A stretch of DNA of 32,000 nt from Acuticoccus yangtzensis (GTDB lineage: Bacteria > Pseudomonadota > Alphaproteobacteria > Rhizobiales > Amorphaceae), in the NCBI RefSeq assembly GCF_001927245.1, contig NZ_MJUX01000014.1:1-32000 (forward strand), in the 5' to 3' direction. A program made the translations under genes and the position numbers. Each line of letters starts with the position of its first letter. The first letter of the stretch is position 1. The notes under the pieces are model-generated. The model made no database searches and was not told the DNA's origin. It saw only the letters and a program-made list of their open reading frames with translations. This document shows positions 1 to 9,129 of the stretch, piece after piece.

Positions 1-2
1 AC

Positions 3-425
3 CTTCACCGCGAGCCGGTCTGGCTCGACCTCGCCGCCGGCGTGCGCGTCTGCCTCGCCCCGCTCACCACCGCGCTGATGGTGTCGGCGCGCAACGACCC
101 CGCCGTCCACGAGATGCCGGACGACGCCTCCGACGAGGACCGCGCGCTCGCTTACGCCAAGGCCATCGCCCGCCGCGCGTTGCTCGGCTGGGAGGGCGTC
201 GGCGACGCCGATGGTGAGCCCGTCGATCCGACCTTCGACGGCATCGATGCGCTGCTCGATCTCTACCCCGTCTTCGAGGCCTTCCAGCTGAAGTACGTGA
301 ACAAGGGGCTGCTATTGGACGCGGAAAAAAACGGCTCGCAGCCCTCGCCGAATGGCACTTCGGCGGCGGGCAAGGATACTGCGACGCCTGCCCGTCGCCG
401 TGCCAAGAGTGCCCGGGCCGCCTGA
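3..425 (+). CDS. Tail assembly chaperone, 5'-truncated by the window edge (lambda G / RcGTA g10-like position)
   Basis: The frame is open from nt 3 with no stop until TGA 423-425. It lies just upstream of the tape-measure gene, the conserved slot for the chaperone pair. It has a basic, disordered C-tail in the zero frame. Confidence 0.55.
   Translation, partial: LHREPVWLDLAAGVRVCLAPLTTALMVSARNDPAVHEMPDDASDEDRALAYAKAIARRALLGWEGVGDADGEPVDPTFDGIDALLDLYPVFEAFQLKYVNKGLLLDAEKNGSQPSPNGTSAAGKDTATPARRRAKSARAA
326..332 (+). promoter_or_regulatory. Candidate -1 programmed ribosomal frameshift heptamer A_AAA_AAC
   Basis: Zero-frame codons are gaA AAA AAC (324-332), an X_XXY_YYZ slippery site. I translated the -1 frame from 329 to 455 and found no stop; it runs straight into ORF 455..652. 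Confidence 0.45.
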
Positions 426-454
426 ACCTGCCGGCGACCTTCGAGGGCTGGCAG

Positions 455-652
455 GTGTGGGATCTCGCCCAGCGCATGGGCGGCCAGGTTCGCGCCGTGC
501 CGGGCGGCGTCGTCGGATGGGACATGACCGCCGCCCTCGCAATGGCTGACGCCCTCGGCTTCAGCCCGCTCGCCGCTGTCGAGATGCTGCCGGCGCTGGA
601 AGCCGCAGCGATCACCGCCATCAACAAGCAGATCGGATCCGAGCATGGCTGA
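455..652 (+). CDS. Distal tail-chaperone ORF (lambda T / RcGTA g10.1-like), possibly made as a -1 frameshift fusion
   Basis: GTG 455 is preceded by GAGGG (443-447). Its stop TGA 650-652 overlaps the tape-measure ATG at 645. It lies in the -1 frame relative to ORF 3..425 and is open upstream to the heptamer. Confidence 0.55.
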   Translation: MWDLAQRMGGQVRAVPGGVVGWDMTAALAMADALGFSPLAAVEMLPALEAAAITAINKQIGSEHG

Positions 653-2822
653 GAAGCGCGTCAGCGTCCGCCTCGCTGCCGTCGGCGGACGCCAGGTGAA
701 GGCCGAGCTGCAGGGCATCGGCGACACTGGCGGCAAGGCGTTCGGCCGGCTCTCGCGCGAGATGGAGGCGGCGAATGCGCGGATGGCATCGTTCGCGCGA
801 GCCGCCAAGGTCGGGCTGACGGCGGCGGCTGCTACCGCGACGGCCTCGCTTGGTCTGATCGTCCGAGCCGCGGCCGACAGCGGCGCGCAGCTCCGGCAGT
901 TCGTACAGGTCGCCAACGCCACACCCGAAGGGTTCCAGCGCTGGTCGGGGGCCGCGCGGACGGTCGGCATCGAGCAGGAGAAGCTCGCGGACATCCTGAA
1001 GGACGTGAACGACCGCGTCGGCGACTTCCTCCAGACCGGCGGTGGGCCGATGGCCGACTTCTTCGAGAAGGTGGCGCCGAAGGTGGGCGTCACAGCCGAA
1101 CAGTTCGCGCGCCTGTCCGGTCCGGAGGCGCTGCAGCTCTACGTCGACACGCTTCAGCGCGCCGGCCTCTCGCAGCAGGAGATGACGTTCCACCTCGAGG
1201 CGATGGCCTCGGATGCCACGCGCCTCCTGCCGCTGCTGCGCGATGGCGGCGCGGAGATGCAGCGCCTCGGCGACCGCGCGGCCGACCTTGGCGCCGTCCT
1301 TGACGCCGATGCTCTGAAGGCGCTGCAGCGGACCGAGGTCGCGCTCGACACGATGTCTCTGGTGATGGAGGGGCTGCGCAACCGCATCGCGGTCGCGGCG
1401 GCCCCGGCCGTGGAAGCGCTCGCCTCAGGCTTCGTCACGCTCGCGTCAGCCGGCGGCGTCGTCCGCACGGCCATCGACACCGTGATCGGCAACCTCGGCC
1501 GGCTCGCGACGTATGCGGCAACGGCCGCCGCCTTCTTCGCCGGACGCTGGGTCGCGGGAATGGTGGCGGCCGCGGTCTCGGTGCGCGGCCTCGCCACGGC
1601 GTTGGTCGTCCTTCGGGGCGCGCTGATCCGGACCGGCATCGGCGCGCTCATCGTCGGGGCGGGCGAGCTGATCTACCAGTTCGGGCGCCTCGTCAGCAGT
1701 ACCGGCGGCTTCGGCAATGCGCTGTCTCTCCTCGCGGATGTGGCGACCGAGGTGTGGGAGCGCATCAAGTCCGGTGGCCGTGCGCTCGCGCTGGCGCTTC
1801 AGTCGGTCTGGGCTCGGATCGAACGCGGCTGGCTCAGCGTCATGGCCCGGATCCAGAAGAGTTGGGCCGAGCTACTGCACCGGCTCGCGCGCGGTCTCGA
1901 CGGCCTCCCAGGCTTCGATGAGACGACGCTGCGGGTGCATGGCGCCGCGGTCATGGCGACATCCGGCTTCTACGAGCTCGAACTCGCGGTCGGCGAGGCT
2001 GACCAGCGCGCGAAGGAACTTGCCGCATCCGCGTCGGAAGCCGCCAAGGCGGCCACCGCCCCGCTGACGTCCCTGGCAGCGCTCGGGCAGGCCGCCGAGG
2101 AGGCCGGCAACGACAGCGAGGCGTCGTTGCAGCGCGCGGCGAAGGCCGCAGAAGGCTTGAAGGACGGTGTCGCGCAGACCGCCAAAGCGGCGAAGGCTGC
2201 GAAGCCGGAGGTGGTGGAGACCGCCGAAGCCGCGAAGACCGGCTGGAGCCAAGCGCAGGACGCGCTGAGCGATTACGCCAAACAGGCGGTGGCGCTCGGC
2301 AAGAACGTGGGCGACGCGCTGGTGAGTGCGTTCCGGAGCGCCGAAGAGGCGTTCGCCGAGTTCGTCCGGACGGGGAAGGTCGACTTCCGCAGCCTGGTAA
2401 GCTCGATGCTCGTCGACATGGCGAAGGTGGCGGCGCAGCGCTTCATCTTCGGTCCGCTCTCGAATGCGCTGTCGGCGGGGATCGGTCGCCTCGGTTCGGT
2501 GTTCGCCGGCGTCTTCCACGAGGGCGGTGTCGTGGGGCACCCGGCGACGATGCGGCTCGCGCCAGCGGCGGCGTTCGCCGGAGTGCACCGGTACCACGGC
2601 GGCGGTGTCGCCGGGCTGCGGCCCGACGAGGTGCCGGCGATCCTGCAGCGCGGTGAGCGCGTCCTTTCGCGCCGTGAGACGGCTGCGCTCGATCGCGATC
2701 GCGCATCGGGCGGTGTGAGCGTCACCATCGTCGCGCGGGACGCGGAGAGCTTCCGGCAGTCTCGGACGCAGGTGGCGGCAGACGTCGCTCGTGCGGTGTC
2801 GCTCGGACGGCGGGGGCTCTGA
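645..2822 (+). CDS. Phage tail tape measure protein (725 aa)
   Basis: Ala/Leu/Gly-rich helical protein with central hydrophobic segments. The C-terminal '...EVPAILQRGERVLSRRE...' is typical of lambda-family tape measures. It sits between the chaperones and the distal tail protein and is translationally coupled at both ends. Confidence 0.9.
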   Translation: MAEKRVSVRLAAVGGRQVKAELQGIGDTGGKAFGRLSREMEAANARMASFARAAKVGLTAAAATATASLGLIVRAAADSGAQLRQFVQVANATPEGFQRWSGAARTVGIEQEKLADILKDVNDRVGDFLQTGGGPMADFFEKVAPKVGVTAEQFARLSGPEALQLYVDTLQRAGLSQQEMTFHLEAMASDATRLLPLLRDGGAEMQRLGDRAADLGAVLDADALKALQRTEVALDTMSLVMEGLRNRIAVAAAPAVEALASGFVTLASAGGVVRTAIDTVIGNLGRLATYAATAAAFFAGRWVAGMVAAAVSVRGLATALVVLRGALIRTGIGALIVGAGELIYQFGRLVSSTGGFGNALSLLADVATEVWERIKSGGRALALALQSVWARIERGWLSVMARIQKSWAELLHRLARGLDGLPGFDETTLRVHGAAVMATSGFYELELAVGEADQRAKELAASASEAAKAATAPLTSLAALGQAAEEAGNDSEASLQRAAKAAEGLKDGVAQTAKAAKAAKPEVVETAEAAKTGWSQAQDALSDYAKQAVALGKNVGDALVSAFRSAEEAFAEFVRTGKVDFRSLVSSMLVDMAKVAAQRFIFGPLSNALSAGIGRLGSVFAGVFHEGGVVGHPATMRLAPAAAFAGVHRYHGGGVAGLRPDEVPAILQRGERVLSRRETAALDRDRASGGVSVTIVARDAESFRQSRTQVAADVARAVSLGRRGL

Positions 2823-3448
2823 TGGCGTTCCACGAGGTTCGCTTCCCCGAAAACATCAGCCGCGGCGCGCGCGGCGGTCCGCAGCGGCGGACGCAGATCG
2901 TCGAGCTGGCGTCGGGGGCCGAGGAGCGCAACGCCAACTGGGTCAACTCGCGGCGGCGCTACGACGTGGCCTACGGCATCCGCCGAATCGACGACCTCGC
3001 CGTCGTCGTCGCATTCTTCGAGGCGCGCAACGGACGGCTCTATGGATTCCGGTTCAAGGATTGGGCTGATCACAAGTCCTGCGCGCCGTCCGGGATCCCA
3101 GCCCCCACCGATCAGCTGATCGGGATCGGCGACGGCGAGCAGACCGAGTTCCATCTGACGAAGGCGTACGCGTCGGGCGGTGAGACTTGGATCCGCGCGA
3201 CCACCAAGCCGGTCACCGGGACGGTTCGCGTCGCTGTCGACGGCACCGAGCAGATGTCCGGCTGGTCCATCGATGCCACCACCGGGATCGTCACGTTCGC
3301 CACCGCTCCCGCTGATGCCGTCGCCATCCGCGCCGGTTTCGAGTTCGACGTGCCAGTCCGCTTCGACACCGACGCCCTCGACGTCACCCTCGACATCGAG
3401 CGGCTCGGCTCGATCACCTCCATCCCGCTCGTGGAGCTCCGCCGATGA
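2822..3448 (+). CDS. DUF2460/TIGR02217-type distal tail protein (RcGTA-like)
   Basis: The N-terminus 'MAFHEVRFPENISRGARGGPQRRTQIVELASGAEERNANW' matches this family as I recall it. The TGATG overlap with the tape-measure stop falls at 2820-2824. Confidence 0.88.
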   Translation: MAFHEVRFPENISRGARGGPQRRTQIVELASGAEERNANWVNSRRRYDVAYGIRRIDDLAVVVAFFEARNGRLYGFRFKDWADHKSCAPSGIPAPTDQLIGIGDGEQTEFHLTKAYASGGETWIRATTKPVTGTVRVAVDGTEQMSGWSIDATTGIVTFATAPADAVAIRAGFEFDVPVRFDTDALDVTLDIERLGSITSIPLVELRR

Positions 3449-4329
3449 AGGCGCTCTCACCTGAACTGCAGGCCCATCTCGACGAGGGCACGACGACGCT
3501 CGCCTGGTGCTGGCGCATCGCCCGCTCCGATGGCGAGACATTCGGCTTCACCGACCACGATCGCACGCTCACCTTCGACGGCACGGACTTCGAGCCGGAG
3601 AGCGGCCTGACCGCCTCCGAGATCCGCTCTGGCTCCGACCTGTCGATCGACGCACAGGACGCCGAGGGCGTGCTGACGTCGGACCGGATCGCCGAGTCGG
3701 ACATCCTCGATGGACGATGGGACAATGCCGCGGTCGAGGTGTGGCGGGTGAACTGGGCGGATGTCAGCCAGCGCGTCCTGATGCGGCGCGGCTCCATCGG
3801 CCAGATCCGGCGCGGCCGTCTCGCGTTCGTCGCTGAGGTGCGTTCCCTCGCGCACGTGCTGGGCCAGACCGTCGGCCGGACGTATCAGGCCACCTGTGAC
3901 GCTGCGCTCGGCGATGCGCGATGCGGCGTCGATCTCGACGATCCTGCCTATCGCGGATCGGGCGTCGTCGTCGATCGCCTGCGCGACCGAGCCTTCACGG
4001 CCTCCGGGATCGGCGCTTTCGAGGCCAGTTGGTTCGTCCACGGCACGGTCGAATGGACGAGCGGCGCCAACGCGGGACGCCGCGCGGAGGTCATTGCGCA
4101 TGACGTGTCCGAGGGGCTCGTGACGATCACGCTGCTTGAGGCTCCGGTGCGCGGCCTTGCCGAGGGCGACGCGTTCGTGATCCGTGCCGGCTGCGACAAG
4201 CACGTTGCGACCTGCGCGGCGAAGTTCGCCAACGTCGCGAACTTCCGCGGCTTCCCACACATCCCCGGCCAGGACACCGTGATCCGCTACGCGACGACCG
4301 ACGGCGGCCACGAGGGCGACGTCCTGTGA
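3445..4329 (+). CDS. DUF2163/TIGR02218 (BR0599-type) tail hub protein (RcGTA-like)
   Basis: 'LAWCWRIARSDGETFGFTDHDRTLTFDGTDFEPESGL' matches the DUF2163 N-terminal motif. An ATGA overlap falls at 3445-3448. Confidence 0.88.
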   Translation: MKALSPELQAHLDEGTTTLAWCWRIARSDGETFGFTDHDRTLTFDGTDFEPESGLTASEIRSGSDLSIDAQDAEGVLTSDRIAESDILDGRWDNAAVEVWRVNWADVSQRVLMRRGSIGQIRRGRLAFVAEVRSLAHVLGQTVGRTYQATCDAALGDARCGVDLDDPAYRGSGVVVDRLRDRAFTASGIGAFEASWFVHGTVEWTSGANAGRRAEVIAHDVSEGLVTITLLEAPVRGLAEGDAFVIRAGCDKHVATCAAKFANVANFRGFPHIPGQDTVIRYATTDGGHEGDVL

Positions 4330-4721
4330 CCATTCCGCCGAACCGCACGGTCTGGGACGCGCTCGTCGCTCTAGCAGCGACCGCGCTCGACGTTCCTGCC
4401 GCCGACGTGGGCGGACCAACTCGCGGGCCGGCGCGCGCTGCGCTCGCCCGACAGCTCGCCTACTACCTTGCGGTCACGACGTTGGGCTGGACGGCGAGCG
4501 ACGCGGGCCGCGTTTGCGGTCGCGACCGCACGTCGGTGAGCCATGCGCTCCCCTTAATCGAGGATCGGCGGGACTGCCCGCAGTTCGATGCCATGGTCGA
4601 GCGTCTCGAAGAGGCCGCGCTCGCTGCGGCAGGCTTGGCCGGCGCCGCCAATAGCGTGCCGGGGCTCCCCATCGCGATCGCATCGAGGAAGTCGCGTGCG
4701 ACGGGAGTGATCTGTCTATGA
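4326..4721 (+). CDS. Stand-alone DnaA domain-IV-like helix-turn-helix protein embedded in the tail operon
   Basis: 'ARAALARQLAYYLAVTTLGWTASDAGRVCGRDRTSVSHALPLIEDRRDCPQFDAMVERLEE' aligns by eye with the E. coli DnaA C-terminus '[63 protein letters not shown]' (quoted from memory). A GTGA overlap falls at 4326-4329 and an ATGA overlap at 4718-4721. Confidence 0.7.
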   Translation: MTIPPNRTVWDALVALAATALDVPAADVGGPTRGPARAALARQLAYYLAVTTLGWTASDAGRVCGRDRTSVSHALPLIEDRRDCPQFDAMVERLEEAALAAAGLAGAANSVPGLPIAIASRKSRATGVICL

Positions 4722-5164
4722 CAGCGGCAGCAGATCCCGCCTGCGTCGTCGATGCGGCACTGTCTTGGCTCGGCACGCCGTACCACGATCAAGCCAGCCT
4801 GAAGGGCGCAGGCTGCGACTGCCTTGGCCTCGCCCGTGGCGTCTGGCGCGAGATCGTCGGGCCGGAGCCGTTCCCGATCCCGCCCTACAGCCGCGATTGG
4901 GGCGAGGCCGGCGCGGTCGAGGTCCTGGCGGCGGGCGCCCGCCGAATGATGCCGGAGATCGATCCGGCATACGCGGAACCGGGCGCGCTGCTGCTGTTCC
5001 GCATGCGCCCGCGCGCGATCGCCAAGCACGTCGGCATCATGACGGCGGAGGACCGGTTCGTGCACGGCTATGAGCGACTCGGCGCGATCGAGCAGCCCCT
5101 CACGCCCGTCTGGCGGCGGCGCATCGCGTTCGCCTTCCTCTTCCCGGCTCCGGATCCTGGCTGA
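4718..5164 (+). CDS. Phage cell-wall peptidase, NlpC/P60 family (TIGR02219 / RcGTA g14-like)
   Basis: 'ALSWLGTPYHDQASLKGAGCDCLGLARGVW' carries the catalytic Cys context and 'AKHVGIM...RFVHG' the His region. It occupies the conserved slot before the host-specificity protein. Confidence 0.88.
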   Translation: MTAAADPACVVDAALSWLGTPYHDQASLKGAGCDCLGLARGVWREIVGPEPFPIPPYSRDWGEAGAVEVLAAGARRMMPEIDPAYAEPGALLLFRMRPRAIAKHVGIMTAEDRFVHGYERLGAIEQPLTPVWRRRIAFAFLFPAPDPG

Positions 5165-8100
5165 TGGCGACACTTGTTCTCGGCGCTGTCGGCACTGCGA
5201 TCGGCGGCGCGGTTGGCGGGACCGTCCTCGGTCTGTCCGGCGCCGCCATCGGCGGCATCGTCGGCTCGACAGTCGGTTCCGTCATCGACAGCTGGCTCGT
5301 CTCGCAGCTCGCACCGACCCAGCGCATCGAAGGCGCGCGGCTAGACAGCCTGCGCATCACCTCGTCCACCGAAGGCGCCGTCATCCCGCGGCTCTACGGG
5401 CGAATGCGGATCGGCGGCAACATCATCTGGGCCACTGACTTCCGTGAGGAGGTCGAGACGTCCACCCAGGGCGGCGGCAAGGGCGGCGGGCCGAAGGTCA
5501 AGACGACCGAGTATCTTTACTACGCCTCGTTCGCCGTGGCCCTCTGCGAGGGGCCGATCACCGGCATCGGCCGCGTCTGGGCCGACGGCAAGCTGATGGA
5601 CCTCGCCGGCGTCACCTGGCGCTGGTATCCGGGCGACGAGACGCAGGAGGCAGATCCGTTCATCGCGACCACGATGGGCGCCGAGCCGACGCCGGCCTAC
5701 CGCGGCACGGCCTACGTGGTGTTCGAGGAGCTCGCACTGGACCGCTACGGCAACCGTCTGCCGCAGCTCTCGTTCGAGGTGTTTCGGCCGATTGCCGATC
5801 CCGACACCGCCGAGGGCTGCGTCGAGGCGGTCACGCTCATCCCGGCCTCGGGCGAGTTCACGTATGCCACGCAGCCGATCCGCAAGGGCGGCGATGGGGA
5901 GACCGTCGCCGAGAACCTCAACGCGCTCACCGATACGGCTGATATCGTCGTCGCGTTGGACCGTCTGCAAGCGATGGTCCCCGCGGTGAAGAGCGTCTCG
6001 CTCGTCGTCGCGTGGTTCGGCGACGACGTGCGGGCTGGCGAGTGTCAGGTGCGGCCCGGTGTTGAAGTGCCGGCGAAGGAGACGACGCCGGTGTCGTGGT
6101 CGGTCAACGGCCTCTCACGCGCAGACGCCCACCTCGTCAGTCGCGACGATCAGGACCGGCCGGTCTACGGCGGCACGCCAGCCGACTTTGCCGTGGTCGA
6201 AGCGATCCGGGAGATGAAGGCACGCGGGCTGCGGGTCACTTTCTACCCGTTCATCCTGATGGACGTCCCGCCGGGGAACACGCTGCCGAACCCGTACAGC
6301 GACAACGCCGCCGAGATCGGGCAGTCGACCTTCCCCTGGCGCGGGCGGATCACCTGCTCGCCCGCGGCCGGATATGTCGGCAGCGTCGATCAGACCGCGG
6401 CGGCGGGCGCGCAGGTGGCCGCCATGTTCGGCAGCGCGGCGGTGGGCGACTTCGCCATCTCGGGCGACACCGTCATCTGGACTGGGAGCGCGGACGATAG
6501 GGGTCTGCGCCGGATGGTGCTGCACTACGCCCATCTCTGCGCCGTCGCCGGCGGTGTCGACGCGTTCCTGATTGGCTCGGAGATGCGCGGCCTTACCACC
6601 ATCCGGGATGGGGTAGCGAGCTTCCCAGCAGTCGACGCCTACCGACAGCTCGCATCCGATGTGCGATCGATCGTCGGCGCGGACACGAAGGTGAGCTACG
6701 CCGCCGACTGGTCGGAGTATTTCGGTCACCAGCCGTCCGATGGATCCGGGGACGTCTACTTCCACCTCGACCCGCTCTGGGCGGACGCCAACATCGACTT
6801 CGTCGGGATCGACAATTACGTTCCGCTTTCGGACTGGCGCGACGGCTTCGAGCATGCCGACGCCAACTCCGCCCCGGCGATCTACGGCCGCGCGTACCTT
6901 CAGGCCAACATCGCCGGCGGCGAGGGTTTTGACTGGTACTACGCCAGCGCCTCCGATCGGGCCGCCCAGATCCGCACGACGATCACCGACGGCGCCGGCA
7001 AACCTTGGGTCTTCCGGTACAAGGATCTCGAGGCGTGGTGGTCGAACGAGCACTTCGATCGCCCCGGCGGCACCGAAGCCGGTTTCCCGACAGATTGGAC
7101 CCCGCGATCGAAGCCGATCCGCTTCACGGAGTTCGGCTGCCCGGCGATCGACCGCGGGACCAATCAGCCGAATGTCTTCTTCGACCCGAAGTCGTCCGAG
7201 AGCTTCCTGCCGTACTTCTCACGCGGCTGGCGAGATGACGCGATCCAGCGCGCCTACCTCGAAGCGACCGCTCTCTATTGGCTCGATCCCGCCCACAATC
7301 CGGTGTCGCCGGCCTATGGCGGCCCGATGGTCGACGTGCCGGAGTGCGCCGCGTGGACGTGGGACGGGCGGCCGTACCCGTTCTTTCCGGAACTCACCGA
7401 CGTTTGGACCGACGGCGCCAACTGGCGGCTCGGGCACTGGCTCACGGGACGCCTCGGCTCCGTATCGCTGGCGGCACTGGTGCGGCACCTGTGCCTGCGC
7501 GCCGGCATGCCAGAGGAGCGCATCGACGTGTCGGGCCTCTGGGGCTCGCTCGAAGGCTACACCATCACCGCCCTGGAGAGCCCACGGGCGTCGATCGCGA
7601 TGCTCGCCCGGCACTTCGGCTTCGATGCGGTCGAGAGCGAGGGCGTCGTCCGCTTCCTGATGCGCGGCCGGCAGGCGTCCGCGACCATCGCGCCGGGCGA
7701 TCTCGTTGCAGCGGCGGAGGCATCTGACGTGTTCGAGCTGACCCGCGGACAGGAGACGGAACTTCCGCAGGCGCTGAAGTGGCAAGTCGCTCGCGCCGAC
7801 GAGGACTACGACGGCGCGCTGGTGGAAGCTCGGCGCGTCACCGTCGATTCCGCGCGCGTGGCGTCAGAGGCGTTCCCGATGGCGGTGCCGCCGGAGGAGG
7901 CTGAGCGGCGTTGCCGGCGCGCGTTGATGGAAGCATGGACCGGGCGCGAGGGGCTTGTGCTGCGTCTGCCGCCGTCGCGGCTCGCGCTCGATCCGGCGGA
8001 CGTCATCGCGCTCGAGCATGACGGCCGGCGCATGGACTTCCGCATCGCGTCCATTGCCGACGCCGAAGCCCGCGGCGTCGAAGCCGTCCTGCAGGACCGC

Positions 8101-9123
8101 ACGAACTACGATCTACCACCGGGTGAACCCCGACCTGCGGCGCCGACCCAGCTTCCTGTCTTCGGCGCCCCTGACGTCGTCTACCTGGATCTGCCGCAGC
8201 TCTCCGACGATCACGTCGCGCACCACCCGCTCGTCGCGGCGTACGCGAAACCGTGGCCGGGCCGGATGGCGGTCTGGCGCAGTCCCGCCTCCGACGGGTT
8301 CGACCTCGTCACGACGTTCGGGCGGCGGGCGCGCATGGGCGTGCTGGTCGACGATCTCTATCCGGGTCCGACCTCGCGGTTCGACCTCGGCAACGCGCTC
8401 GTGGTCGATCTCCGCGTCGGCTCGCTCGAGGGCGTGACAGACATCGCGCTGTTCGGCGGTGCCAACGCGCTCGCCGTCGAGGCGTCGCCGGGTGTCTGGG
8501 AGGTTGTCCAGGCGGCTGAGGTTGAGCTGATTGCGCCGCGGCGATACCGGCTGAGCAGGCTGCTGCGCGGCCAGCGCGGGACCGAGGCCGCGATGGGCTC
8601 GCCTGCACTGGCTGGGTCACGCGTCGTCGTCCTCGACGCCAACCTCGCGGCGCTGCCGATCGGGGAGGTCGACATCGGCCTCCCTTGGAACTGGCGTGTT
8701 GGACCGGCGAGCCGCCCGGTTAGCGACGACACCTACGTCGCCTGCTCATTCGCACCCGCTGGTGTCGGACTGCGGCCGTTCTCGGTATGCCACGTCGAGC
8801 AGCCGTGGCGAATGGCGCGGACGCCGGGCGATCTGACCATCCGATGGATGCGCCGATCGCGCGCGCTCGCCGCCGACAGCTGGAACGGCGTCGACGTTCC
8901 GCTCGCCGAGGAGAGCGAGCGCTACGAGATCGAGATCCTCGACGGTGCCGCGGTGAAGCGAACGCTGACGACGGGCTCGACCAGCGTCGTCTACCCGGCT
9001 GCACAGCAGACCGCCGACTGGGGCGCTCTGCTCGGTCCCGGCGACAGCCTCGATGTCCGCATTTTTCAGCTGTCGGCCATCGTCGGCCGCGGTGCCTCGA
9101 AATCCGTAACGCTGTTTTTCTGA
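5164..9123 (+). CDS. Host-specificity / baseplate 'megatron' protein (RcGTA g15-like), 1319 aa
   Basis: The N-terminus is Gly-rich and hydrophobic (MATLVLGAVGTAIGGAVGGTVLGLSGAAIGGIVG). Size and order after the peptidase match the GTA TIM-barrel-like/phage-tail_3 protein. A TGATG overlap falls at 5162-5166. Confidence 0.88.
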   Translation: MATLVLGAVGTAIGGAVGGTVLGLSGAAIGGIVGSTVGSVIDSWLVSQLAPTQRIEGARLDSLRITSSTEGAVIPRLYGRMRIGGNIIWATDFREEVETSTQGGGKGGGPKVKTTEYLYYASFAVALCEGPITGIGRVWADGKLMDLAGVTWRWYPGDETQEADPFIATTMGAEPTPAYRGTAYVVFEELALDRYGNRLPQLSFEVFRPIADPDTAEGCVEAVTLIPASGEFTYATQPIRKGGDGETVAENLNALTDTADIVVALDRLQAMVPAVKSVSLVVAWFGDDVRAGECQVRPGVEVPAKETTPVSWSVNGLSRADAHLVSRDDQDRPVYGGTPADFAVVEAIREMKARGLRVTFYPFILMDVPPGNTLPNPYSDNAAEIGQSTFPWRGRITCSPAAGYVGSVDQTAAAGAQVAAMFGSAAVGDFAISGDTVIWTGSADDRGLRRMVLHYAHLCAVAGGVDAFLIGSEMRGLTTIRDGVASFPAVDAYRQLASDVRSIVGADTKVSYAADWSEYFGHQPSDGSGDVYFHLDPLWADANIDFVGIDNYVPLSDWRDGFEHADANSAPAIYGRAYLQANIAGGEGFDWYYASASDRAAQIRTTITDGAGKPWVFRYKDLEAWWSNEHFDRPGGTEAGFPTDWTPRSKPIRFTEFGCPAIDRGTNQPNVFFDPKSSESFLPYFSRGWRDDAIQRAYLEATALYWLDPAHNPVSPAYGGPMVDVPECAAWTWDGRPYPFFPELTDVWTDGANWRLGHWLTGRLGSVSLAALVRHLCLRAGMPEERIDVSGLWGSLEGYTITALESPRASIAMLARHFGFDAVESEGVVRFLMRGRQASATIAPGDLVAAAEASDVFELTRGQETELPQALKWQVARADEDYDGALVEARRVTVDSARVASEAFPMAVPPEEAERRCRRALMEAWTGREGLVLRLPPSRLALDPADVIALEHDGRRMDFRIASIADAEARGVEAVLQDRTNYDLPPGEPRPAAPTQLPVFGAPDVVYLDLPQLSDDHVAHHPLVAAYAKPWPGRMAVWRSPASDGFDLVTTFGRRARMGVLVDDLYPGPTSRFDLGNALVVDLRVGSLEGVTDIALFGGANALAVEASPGVWEVVQAAEVELIAPRRYRLSRLLRGQRGTEAAMGSPALAGSRVVVLDANLAALPIGEVDIGLPWNWRVGPASRPVSDDTYVACSFAPAGVGLRPFSVCHVEQPWRMARTPGDLTIRWMRRSRALAADSWNGVDVPLAEESERYEIEILDGAAVKRTLTTGSTSVVYPAAQQTADWGALLGPGDSLDVRIFQLSAIVGRGASKSVTLFF

Positions 9124-9129
9124 GGGCTC

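Noticed and set aside
2273-3541. Long antisense or alternate-frame ORFs across the window. Examples: 2273..3541(-) 422 aa, 263..1093(-), 3457..4419(-), 6115..7053(-), 6740..7660(+), 18313..19395(+), 18539..19744(-), 19261..20964(-) 567 aa, 23828..25060(+), 25769..27190(+) 473 aa, 29647..30720(-).
   Set aside because: They have Arg/Pro/Ala/Gly/Ser-dominated, low-complexity translations typical of shadow frames in GC-rich DNA. Each overlaps a frame with clear family motifs or crosses IS boundaries. None has a convincing RBS.
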